A stretch of 29,284 bases of DNA, from assembly GCA_040380025.1 (NCBI GenBank), contig JBEIJY010000030.1, positions 1 through 29,284 on the forward strand, read 5' to 3'. The notes beneath the pieces are model-generated. The model saw only the letters and a list, made by a program, of their open reading frames with translations. It made no database searches and was not told the DNA's origin. Of the stretch, positions 16,688-26,700 are shown piece by piece. This DNA comes from Bdellovibrionales bacterium. Lineage in GTDB: Bacteria > Bdellovibrionota > UBA1018 > CAIMNF01. A program made the translations under genes and the position numbers. Each line of letters opens with the position of its first letter. The first letter of the stretch is position 1.

Positions 16688-18208
16688 TCAGTAGCTCATC
16701 AGGAATTCAGCAAAGGTCCGGACATAAACGCCGCTGGATCCTTTGCGGGGGTTGTATGGAAGATAGCCTTGGTCGTAGGCACGGTTGGCGAGGTCGATGT
16801 GGGCCCACTTCATTCCCGGTTTGATGAATTGCTTCAAGAACACCGCGCCCCGGATGGTGCCGCCGTTCGAGTCATTGGCACTGTTCATCATGTCGGCGTA
16901 CTGGGATTTCAGGTCTTCGAAGTATTCATCCCAAAGAGGGAGCTGCCAAAGGGCTTCTTCGGTTGCGGTGCTTGCCTTCAGAATCTGCTCTGCGAGTTTT
17001 TCGTCATTCGAAAACAGCGCGCTTGCGAGCTTTCCGAGCGCGATCGAGGAGGCACCCGTCAGGGTCGCGGAGTCGACGATCACATCGGGTTCGTAGTCAT
17101 GGGCGAGATCGAGGGCATCCGCAAGAACCAAGCGCCCCTCGGCGTCGGTATTGATGATCTCGACGGTTTTTCCGTTCCGGGTCTTGATGATGTTGCCGGG
17201 TTGGGTGGCCTTGCCGGAGGGCATGTTCTCGGTGAAGGCCAGAATCGTGGTGATCCGGTTTTTCGATCCGAGCCGCGCGGCAAGAAGGGTCGCGCCTGCC
17301 ATGGTGGCGGCACCCGTCATGTCGTGCTTCATGTCTTCCATGCGCATCGACGGCTTGATCGAAATCCCGCCCGAATCGAAGGTCACGCCCTTTCCGACGA
17401 ATGCGATGTGCTTTCCTTTTTTGGGCGAGGATTTCGGCGTGTATTCCATGATCACGATCTTGGCTTCCCGGTCGGAGCCTTTTCCGACGGCAAGGAAGAG
17501 GTCCATTTTTTCTTTCTTCGCCTCGGCTTCACCCAGAACCCGGCACTTGAGCCCATGGGTCTTGCAGAGTTTCGCGATCTCGTTCGCGTAATGCTCCGGG
17601 GTTCCGATGTTCGAGGGTTCGTTCGAGAAATCCCGGGTCAGCTCGACGCAATCGACCGTGGTCAGGACGGTGAAGGAGATCTCATCGAGCCAGGTCTGGA
17701 GCTTGCGGTCGCGACTGACCAATGCGACCGATTCGATTTTTTGCGATGTGTTTTTCTGGGTTTTATGACGATCGAAGGAATACTGCGCAAGGTAAAATCC
17801 TTCCAGAAAGGCCGGGAGGATCTCCGAGGTCCGTGCCTTGCCCGCCATGTCGAGCAGGTGGTCGACATCGATTCCGATTTTTTTCTCTTTCTCAGCCATG
17901 ATCTTCGATGCGGCCACCGCACCGGTCTGACGTGCCTTCTCGGGCGTGAAGTCCTTCTCGGCGCCGAGCCCCGCGGCGAGCAGATTCACCTCGCCGGCGG
18001 AGGGGCTTCGCAAGAAAAACGCGCTTTTCGCTGAACCCGAGAACACGCCGGATTTGGCGAGTTCTGCGATGCCGGCCGGAGATCCCGCAGGAACGGCGGC
18101 CGATTTCTTCTCGTTTTGGAAGAATAAAAGAGCCAATGTTCCGCCGTGGAAATCCCGGGCGGAGTGCAGGGGGGGCAATGCGTGAAGAGTGTGTGTTTTC
18201 ATGTTCAT
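16688..18208 (-). CDS. pepA: Leucyl aminopeptidase (M17)
   Basis: VGKGVTFDSGGISIKP, MKHDMTGAA, NTDAEGRLVLAD, ATLTGA; AAGGAG SD. Confidence 0.95.
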   Translation of the reverse strand: MNMKTHTLHALPPLHSARDFHGGTLALLFFQNEKKSAAVPAGSPAGIAELAKSGVFSGSAKSAFFLRSPSAGEVNLLAAGLGAEKDFTPEKARQTGAVAASKIMAEKEKKIGIDVDHLLDMAGKARTSEILPAFLEGFYLAQYSFDRHKTQKNTSQKIESVALVSRDRKLQTWLDEISFTVLTTVDCVELTRDFSNEPSNIGTPEHYANEIAKLCKTHGLKCRVLGEAEAKKEKMDLFLAVGKGSDREAKIVIMEYTPKSSPKKGKHIAFVGKGVTFDSGGISIKPSMRMEDMKHDMTGAATMAGATLLAARLGSKNRITTILAFTENMPSGKATQPGNIIKTRNGKTVEIINTDAEGRLVLADALDLAHDYEPDVIVDSATLTGASSIALGKLASALFSNDEKLAEQILKASTATEEALWQLPLWDEYFEDLKSQYADMMNSANDSNGGTIRGAVFLKQFIKPGMKWAHIDLANRAYDQGYLPYNPRKGSSGVYVRTFAEFLMSY

Positions 18209-18246
18209 GGAGCTCCTTGCTGGGGCTGGAATTTCAGGTGCCTGAC

Positions 18247-18274
18247 ATCATACCACTGTTTTTTGACCGGTGAA
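18247..18274 (-). promoter_or_regulatory. Putative sigma70 promoter for pepA-asnS-trmL
   Basis: Minus strand TTCACC-N16-TATGAT with extended -10 TG. Confidence 0.5.
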
Positions 18275-18296
18275 TCAGTTAAGTTTCTGCTTGGTC

Positions 18297-19667
18297 ATGA
18301 TGAAACGATACCAAAGCTCGGCCGCGGTCATTACACGGATCGCCGACGCAATGATTGTCATTGCGTGCTGGCTTCTTGCCTATCCCTTGCGCTTTGGGAT
18401 GTTCGCGGGCCTTCCCTTTCTGCCCCAGTATGCTTCTCCGCCTTCGCCGGCGAACTATCTCGCTCTCTTACCGTTCATGACCGTGCTCTGGGCGGGATGC
18501 TTTCATTTTTTCGCCGTGTACCGCGAAGACCGGATCATCCGCCGTTCGGCCGAAACCTACGCCCTTCTTCGCGCCCATCTGGCGACGATCATCCTCTTCA
18601 CCGCGCTCACTTTTTTTGTGACCGAGTATCGCTTTTCGCGCGGAGTGATCCTGCTCTTCGGGGTGCTGTTCTTTTTCATGGCCTGGGGGTTCCGTGCGGC
18701 ATCCCGCCGGGTGATCCGGGAGCTGCGAAAAAAAGGAATCTATTCGACCAAGGTGATTGCCGTAGGGGACGGTCGCGACCTCGAGCACATTCTTGCCCAG
18801 TTCGAGAAGCACCCGGAACTCGGGATCGAACTCGACGTGTTGATTCCGCCGGCGCGGTATTCCGAAGCGCAAGCCTTGATTCTTTCGCGCAAACCGAAGG
18901 CGGTCCTGATCGGACTTCCGGCGTCTGAGCGGGCCCTTTTGGACTCCCTCGTGCAGTCGCTGAAGGACGAGCCCGTCGATTTGCACATCATTCCGGATTA
19001 TTCCTCGTACCTCGCCATCGGAGCAACGACCGAGGTCTTCGGGGGCGTGCCCTTGATCGCCCTGAACGCATCGCCCTTGTTCGGGTATCAGGCATGGATG
19101 AAGCGGGCGATGGATCTGGCTCTTTCGGGGCTCGGGCTTTTGGTGCTTTCGCCGCTGTTGTTCGTGCTGGCAGTGCTCGTGAAGCTCACCTCGCGGGGGC
19201 CGGTTCTTTACCGGCAGGAGCGCATGGGGCTCGATGGCGGAACCTTCGAGATGCTGAAGTTCCGCTCCATGCGGATCGATGCCGAATCGGCCACCGGAGC
19301 CGTTTGGGCAAAGGAAAACGACCATCGCCGCACAAAATTCGGAGTGTTCCTGCGATCGACCTCGCTCGATGAGCTTCCCCAGCTCTGGAATGTGTTCGTG
19401 GGCGACATGTCGCTGGTCGGCCCGAGGCCCGAGCGTCCCGTGTTTGTCCATCAGTTCAAGCGGGAGATTCCGAACTACATGCTCCGTCACCGGGTCAAGA
19501 CCGGAATCACCGGTTGGGCGCAGATCAACGGCTGGCGGGGAGACACCTCGCTCGAGCGCCGCATCGAGTGCGACATTTATTACATCCGGAACTGGTCGCT
19601 CTGGCTCGATGTGAAGATCCTGTTTCTTACGGTGTTCAGGGGATTCGTGAACCGGAATGCGTATTAG
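18297..19667 (+). CDS. Undecaprenyl-phosphate glucose phosphotransferase (WcaJ-like)
   Basis: N-terminal TM segments; KRAMDL, KFRSM, SLDELPQLWNV..GDMSLVGPRPE, KTGITGWAQING, YYIRNWSLWLD. Confidence 0.93.
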   Translation: MMKRYQSSAAVITRIADAMIVIACWLLAYPLRFGMFAGLPFLPQYASPPSPANYLALLPFMTVLWAGCFHFFAVYREDRIIRRSAETYALLRAHLATIILFTALTFFVTEYRFSRGVILLFGVLFFFMAWGFRAASRRVIRELRKKGIYSTKVIAVGDGRDLEHILAQFEKHPELGIELDVLIPPARYSEAQALILSRKPKAVLIGLPASERALLDSLVQSLKDEPVDLHIIPDYSSYLAIGATTEVFGGVPLIALNASPLFGYQAWMKRAMDLALSGLGLLVLSPLLFVLAVLVKLTSRGPVLYRQERMGLDGGTFEMLKFRSMRIDAESATGAVWAKENDHRRTKFGVFLRSTSLDELPQLWNVFVGDMSLVGPRPERPVFVHQFKREIPNYMLRHRVKTGITGWAQINGWRGDTSLERRIECDIYYIRNWSLWLDVKILFLTVFRGFVNRNAY

Positions 19668-20763
19668 CAAAATCGATCGCTACGTTTTCTCTGAGGTTCT
19701 CCAGCCGTTCCTGGGCGGCACTGTTTTTTTCGCGTTCGTGTTCCTGTTGTTCCAGATGCTCAGGGTCGCCGAAGAGCTCATCGTCAACAACGCGCCCTTC
19801 TCGCTTACACTCCGATTGCTCTGGACCCTCGTGGTGAACTTCATGCCGCTCGGGATCCCGATGGCGTTCTTGGTGGGAGTTCTGGTCGCGTTCTCGCGCC
19901 TTTCGGGAGACAGCGAGATTGTCGCGATGAAAGCCGGCGGCATGAGCCTTCCGCGGATCGCTGCGCCGGTAGTCCTTCTTGCAGGGATGGTGGCCGCGGT
20001 GTCGTTTCTTCTGAATCTCGACTGGGCGCCCTGGTCCGAGCGGGCGAGCCGGCAGCTCTTGATGAAAATCGGAAGCCGGAGGTTCACCTCTTCGATCAGC
20101 GAGGGGACATTCTCGTCGGGATTCTTCAATCTGCTTTTGTACACCGAGAAAGCGAACAATCGCGCCGGACGCATGGAGAAGGTTTTTATTTTCGATGAGC
20201 GGGACCCGAAAAGCCCCATGACCATTGTCGCAAAAACGGGCGAGATCATTCGCGTGCAGTCGAGTGAGGACGATCTCGGCGGGGTGGTGCTCCAACTGCA
20301 GGACGGAAGCATCCATCAGTCGGGCGCTTCGGCGGACAACGATCAAAAGCTGGACTTCAGCGTGTATCAGCTCTTTTTTGACATTCCGGACAGCAAAGGG
20401 AGCTTCGGGTTCCGGCCGAGGCTCTCGAGTTCCTCTGACATCGAAAAAGAGCTCAAGAACCCCGAGCATCCCCCGAACCGGGTACGCGAGCTCAAGACCG
20501 AGTTCTGGCGAAGGATTGCGATCTCGATCACTCCTTTTTTCTTTGTCCTGCTCGGAATCGGTTTCGGCACGGTTCGTACGAGAGGCGCTCGCGCAGGCGT
20601 GCTCCTGATCGCGTTTGTGACGATGGCGATCTACTGGCAGGTCCAGGTGAGTTCGATCTGGCTCGGAGAACAAGGCACGCTTCCCCCGTGGCTTGCGGTG
20701 CAAATCCCGAACCTTCTGATTTTGCTCGCCGGAGGCTTCCTGTTCCGGCGCGCCTGCTGGTGA
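19657..20763 (+). CDS. lptF: LPS export ABC transporter permease LptF (LptF/LptG family)
   Basis: IDRYVFSE, SRLSGDSEIVAMKAGGMS, 3 TM + periplasmic beta-rich domain + 3 TM; overlaps the upstream gene by 11 nt. Confidence 0.85.
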   Translation: MRISKIDRYVFSEVLQPFLGGTVFFAFVFLLFQMLRVAEELIVNNAPFSLTLRLLWTLVVNFMPLGIPMAFLVGVLVAFSRLSGDSEIVAMKAGGMSLPRIAAPVVLLAGMVAAVSFLLNLDWAPWSERASRQLLMKIGSRRFTSSISEGTFSSGFFNLLLYTEKANNRAGRMEKVFIFDERDPKSPMTIVAKTGEIIRVQSSEDDLGGVVLQLQDGSIHQSGASADNDQKLDFSVYQLFFDIPDSKGSFGFRPRLSSSSDIEKELKNPEHPPNRVRELKTEFWRRIAISITPFFFVLLGIGFGTVRTRGARAGVLLIAFVTMAIYWQVQVSSIWLGEQGTLPPWLAVQIPNLLILLAGGFLFRRACW

Positions 20764-23700
20764 TTACCGGAAGATGGGATACCCGCTGTTCGAGCCGATT
20801 GATCCTGCGCCCGATCCTGCCGCCGTATCCATGATCCAAGTATTGGTGAAGTCCCACTGGGTGGTGTTCGCGCCTTGGGTGGTGAAGAAGCTCTGGGACT
20901 TCAGGTCCGAGACCGACCGGCCCGGGGCGATTCCCGAGCGATTCGCCGTGATCGAGGTAGGGATCGGGTTGTAGGTCTGCCCGCCATTCACGGTTCCGCC
21001 GTTCTGCCCGCCCGAGACAAACGCAAAGTACGAGTCCGAGTTGCTCGATCCCGAGAAGGTCGAGTTGAAGTTCGCGGTACCGTTGTTGTTGGTTTTTCCG
21101 ATCAAGCCCCCCCAGGTGGTCTGGTCGCCGCCCGAGAGAGTGCCCGAGTAGTAGCTTCGTACGACTGCGACGGTTCCGGTGTTGATCGAGCCGATGAGAC
21201 CCCCGATGTACTGATCGTTCGCACTTGCGGTCGTGACATTCCCTTGCGCAAACACATCGGTCAGGGTCCGGGTCGCGGCGTTCACGCCTTGGTAATACCC
21301 AAAGAGTCCACCCAAGAAGGCGCTCGCGGCGGCCGATCCCGCGGCTCTTCCGCCGGTGACGTTCCCCGTGGCCCCGAGCCGTGCCATGGTGTTCGTCGCA
21401 GGTGAACTCAAGATCTGGAAGCTTCCGGCAAAGCCGCCGACCCGACTGCAATCGGTCGAGCTCGCATTACTGCACGAAACCGCGCCTGTGGCCAGCAAGC
21501 GTTGCAGGGTCGAGCTGATTCCCGTCACGGTCGCCGAGAGCGAGTACCCGCCGAAGAATCCGCCTGCATTCGAGGAGGCGGTACAGCGCTGGGTCAGGGT
21601 GGCGAGGGTATTGTTGCAGTTTGCGGTTGTGACCGCTCCCGTTGCCACCGTGTCGGTGATCGAGTTCACATTCTGCGAGGCGTGAGAGTATTGTCCAAAC
21701 GCGCCTCCGGCAAACGAGTTTGCGACCACGGGGCTTGCTGCGATCGAGTCGATCGTACAGGTTCGCGTGCCCGGGCTTGCGCAGGCCGCGGCGCTCGCGC
21801 CCGAAAGCCCGTTACTGCTCTGGACGGTCAGGTTCATCAGAACTTGAGTCGAATACAACCCGATCAGGCCGCCGGCATTGCCGCCATACGGAGTGCAGGT
21901 ACCGCCCGAGAGCACGCCCGCACAGACGGATCCCGAAGAAGAAGATTGGGCGCCGGTCAGGGTGACCGAAGTCGTGCCCGTAGGGGCACCGCTATGTTGG
22001 GGAACCGCCCCGATGATGCCGCCCACCCCCGCGCGAGGAAGCACCGTGTACGAGCCTGAGGTCGCGTTCACGATCACACCCGAGATGGCCCCGTTGTTCC
22101 GGGGTTTCATCAAGGTTAACGCATAGGTCGTGGTACCTGTCGGAATATGGGTCAGGTATCCCCCGATGATTCCCCCGATTCCTCCGATTCTGGTTGTACC
22201 TGCAACCACTCCGTAGAGCGGATTGGCAAGCGCTCCCGCCGTCACGGCACCGCTGTTCACGCACTCCCGGATGGTCGCGGTCGATCCGGACGGAACACCC
22301 GAAGCAAACCACATTCCGATGAGTCCGCCGGCACCAAGAATGGGATTTCCTGCGCCATTTGACGAATTGGCCGCAATCGCCCCGTCATTCAGGCAGGCCT
22401 TCGCGCCTCCGTCCGGGTTGTTTCCGGTGTCGCCGAGGTTCGTGCCGTCATCCATGAAGAACGTCGGAGAACTATTCTGATAGCCGATAAACCCGCCGGC
22501 GGTCTGAACCCCGGTGACGCTCGCATGGTTCGTGATGTTCGAGAAGTTCAGGGTTCCGGTTGCAGCAGTGGTCGTCGTCCCCAAAAGCCCGCCGGAATGA
22601 CCGGACGAAGAAATCGTTCCGGTCGAGAGATTCGAGATCGTTCGGAAGCGCACGGTTGCGGTCGCACCCGGAGTGATGAGTCCCACCATTCCCCCGGCAC
22701 TTCCTCCGCCCGTTACGGTTCCCGAGTTCTTCGAATTCGATACGGTAAGCGACAAGCTTGCCGCGCCCAGGGTGATCCGACCGATCACTCCGCCCGCGTT
22801 CGAGGTCGCACCGCTCGTCGAGACCGCACCCGAGTTCGTGAATCCATCAATCGAGAAGCTTCCTGATCCGGTTCCCGAGCCCAAGGCCCCGCCGGTATCG
22901 CCGGTTCCGGTGATCGCACCCGAGTTCGAGTTCGTTCCCGCGATCGATACCGTGTTTGTCCCCGCCGTGATTCCGATCAATCCGCCCGGGGTACTGCCGC
23001 TGACCGCACCGGAGTTGCTGATGTTCGTGAATGTGGCGGGAGAGCCGTTCAGAACCCGGCCCAGGATTCCTCCAGCCGGAGTTCCGGTGCCGGCGACCTG
23101 ACCGGAGTTGGTCATGTTCTGCATCGAGGTCGAGGTCGTGAAGGTTCCGGGAAGGTTCAGGTTTCCGAACACTCCGCCCACGTTGGAACCCGAGCCGGTG
23201 ACGCCGCCCTGATTCTTGAGCGCATCGAAGCTGACTATGTTGTTCGAGCCAGAAACCCCTGCAAGGACTGAGTAATGGCCGAAAATTCCCCCGGTGGATT
23301 GGCCTCCTCCCGTGATCGTCCCGGTCGAGGTGAGGCGCGAGACTGTGAGAGTGTGCCCACCCAAGGTGGCTCCGTAGTTCATCCACCCGATGATTCCGCC
23401 CGCGTAGTCCGAGTTGGTGGTGATGTTTCCGGAGTTGGAACAAGCGCGAAGAACAAAAGCGATATTCGACCATCCTGCGTTGTTGAAGACCATGCCGATG
23501 ATTCCCCCGTGAGCACTGACTCCCGAATTCACCGCATGGATCACCGCGCCTTCGTTCCGGCATCCGCAGTTCGTGCCATCGGCATTGCAACCAGCGACGC
23601 TCGATCCATCCGCATTGACTGCTCCGTTGATGGTAAAAGTACCGGTGGGGCTATAGACATACGCGGACCCGATGATTCCACCCGCCCCCGGACCCACGTA

Positions 23701-26700
23701 CTGGGTGATCGTTCCGTAGTTCTTGGTATTGGTGAGGGTCATATTGATTCCGTTGATGGGTCGGGTGTAAATCTGCCCCACGATTCCACCGACATTCTGT
23801 CTTGCTCGCACTGGTCCATGATTCTCGACATTGTCCATGATGTGGGAACCGGCGATATTGATATTCACCTGGCCCGCGATGCCGCCCACGTATCCGTTCG
23901 TCTGACTGCTCGAGTTCATATCGAGGGTGCCGTAGTTCGTGCTGTTCACAATCGCGCCGGTTCCGGCGGTCGCATGATTGACGTACCCGACGACTCCTCC
24001 CATCCGGACGTCATTGGTGATCGCGACCTGGTTGGTGATGAGGCCCCGGTTGTCGGCGCCATCGATCCGATAGCCGATATCCATATCGAGTTGCCCGACA
24101 GTCCCCACATAGTTTACTCCAGTGGAGTTCCCTGCAACCACGCTCGCACCGTTCAGGAGCTTCGACATGCCCGCATCAGCATTCGCCACGCTGAACTTCG
24201 CGTTCCCGACGATCGCGCCGAACGAGGTCGCCGCGGTCGGGCTGTAGAGCAAGCCCATGGTCAAAATATTGTTCAATTCTCCTCCCTGCTGATTCAGGGT
24301 CGCGGCAGTGAAATTGCTCACAACCAGTCCGGTTTGTTGGGATGTTCCCGTGTTGTGGACCGCGCCGCTGAAAAGAACATTGTGAATTTCCGGAGTGACC
24401 CGGGCCGGGGTCGTGGTTGAAAGCGAGTTCCCGATGACCCCGCTGGGAGTGGTGCTGGCGGTGATGACTCTCGAGTAGATCACATTCAGGCTTCTGACAT
24501 AAGTCACGCTGGCGCCGCTCGTGGGTGAGAGTGCGCTACCGATGAAGGTGCTTGTGCCGTTCGTGAGCGTGCGCTCGGCACCGTCATAGCTCGAGAGCAG
24601 GGATGCGATGCCCGCAAACGAAGAAATGTCGAGGTCGGCTGTTTGCTTGAAGAACAAGCCCGTCGTGGCCGGAATGCTCGCGAGGTGTGCGGTCGAACAG
24701 ATCAAATACGGAAACGCCGCCGTTCCGGCACCTCCGCCGTAGCCCGAGTAGCTCCCGGACGGGTTGCAGGCGCAGGCCACGGCGCTGTTGTTCGAGCAGG
24801 TCGAAAGCGCGATCGGGCTTCCGCCATTGAAGTTCTTGGATTCATCGCGGAGGATCCTGACTTTCGCGATGCTCTGGGCGCGAACTCCCGGCGTGTCCCG
24901 CGAGCAGGTCGTGTAGGTGGCGTCTGCTCCGCAATCATAAGGAGTGTTCAACTTGACCCAGAAAGCCCTGCTCTGCGAGAGGTATCCCGGCACATTGAAG
25001 CTGAAGGTTTTTTCGACCTCGCCCGGCGCGAAGTACAAAATCGTGTTGGATCCGGTGTAATCGGTTCCGTTGGTCGCGGTTCCGTTCGAAATGTCGATGT
25101 TCGCAAGAGCCGCGTTGATGGCCTTTGAAATCGAGACCTTGTCGCCGTCCATGAACTGCACGCTCACATAGGTGTATTTGGTGAGGTTGCCCGAGCGCTG
25201 AACGGTGATCGTGTTCGTGCCCGAGTTCTCGTTCACCGTATACAGCGAATGCCCGAAGAGGTAGTTCCCCGCCACCGCAGAATCGAGCACGTTCACTTCG
25301 GCGGTCGTCACACCTGTGCCGAGTACGGCAAAAGTCGCGGCCGAGGGAGTCGGGAGCGTGATCGTAAAATACACATCCCCGTGCAAGGTCGCGTTCGAGA
25401 CAATCGAGAAGTTCGAGGTTCCGCTTAGGATCACGCTGGTGCTATCGGCAGGCCAGGTAAAGGACGCACCCGTTTGGGCCGTGAAATTCGTGCCGATGAG
25501 GTTCGCTGTGACCGCACGGGTCGTGTAGGTAAGAGTCGTGTTGGCTAAAGGGGCCACGTCGCTCGTCAGGGTCACGCCTGTTCCCACCGCGGTTCCGTCT
25601 TCGCGGTAGGTGTAAAACTCACGGCTCAGGTTGATTCGCATGAAGCGGTTCAGGGTGGCCGAGGCGCTGGTTCCCGAGTTTCCGGCAAGGTCGATGACCG
25701 TGGCGGTCAGGGTGTGTGCTCCCGCTTTCAGGATCGTGGTGTCGATCGTTCCCGAAAACGCCCCGCTCGTACAGGTGGTCGAACTCACGATCGAGCCATT
25801 CAGGCGCAAATACACGGTTTGTGTTTCTACACCGCTTCCCCCGACCGAGTCCGAGCACGATCCCATCACCGTGAAGCTCGCCGAAAAATTGGTCGAAGGG
25901 GCTTGCACCGTGAGAGTACCGGTGGGCGAAGTGATCGCAATGGTGGGAGCGGTGGTATCGATCACGATTTTCGGGGTTCCGAACGAGAGCGAGCCCGAAG
26001 CCCCGGGCGAGACGGGCAACAAGAGGCTCGCCGCGCTGTTCGAAGTGTCCTTGATCGTACCGCCATTCAGGGTGAGCGCATTCACCGATTGGATGTCGAG
26101 GCCCTTGGTGATGAGCGAGGTATCGCCGGGAGCCACGGTGTAGCGGAAGATCAGCTGTGTGGAGTTCGATCCCGACCAGTAATATGCGCTCGCATCATGG
26201 GCCGGCGTTGCGACGGTGGGGTCGAAGGTCAGGGCGAGTCTTGGGTTATTCGTGGTCGATCCGGGCGTGCCGGTGACGACCACAGGGTCAGAGAAGGTGA
26301 TGGTGATGTCCACCGTTTGGCCGGCCGAATAGTATCCCCGAATCGCCGAAATGGCGACGACCGAGGCGCCTGTGGTTTTGATGACGATATTTTTGCGCTG
26401 TCCGAGGGAGTCAGCCGAATTCAGTGCCGGGAGCGTGGCGTTCAGGGCGTTCGAGTAAGAGTCGGTGATGGTGGCGGCGGCAAGAGAAAGGGAGTTCGTG
26501 GCGAGGTAGTTCAGGTCGGCCGAGGTGTCTCCGGCGGCTACCGTATACAAGCACGAAATCGAAGTACTGCTGAGGGTGGAGCAGTTCACGATCTGATTCA
26601 CCGTCCCTGCCGTTGCCAGTTGAAGAGTGGGGGTTCCCGTGACGGTGATGCTTTCTGAAAAATTCACCACAATCGTGATCGCATCGCCGACCCCGTAGGT

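Noticed and set aside
14882..18034. Long plus-strand ORFs (413 and 636 aa) and similar antisense ORFs over the cyclase, smc, wcaJ-like gene and lptF
   Set aside because: Shadow frames of well-supported genes in GC-rich DNA.
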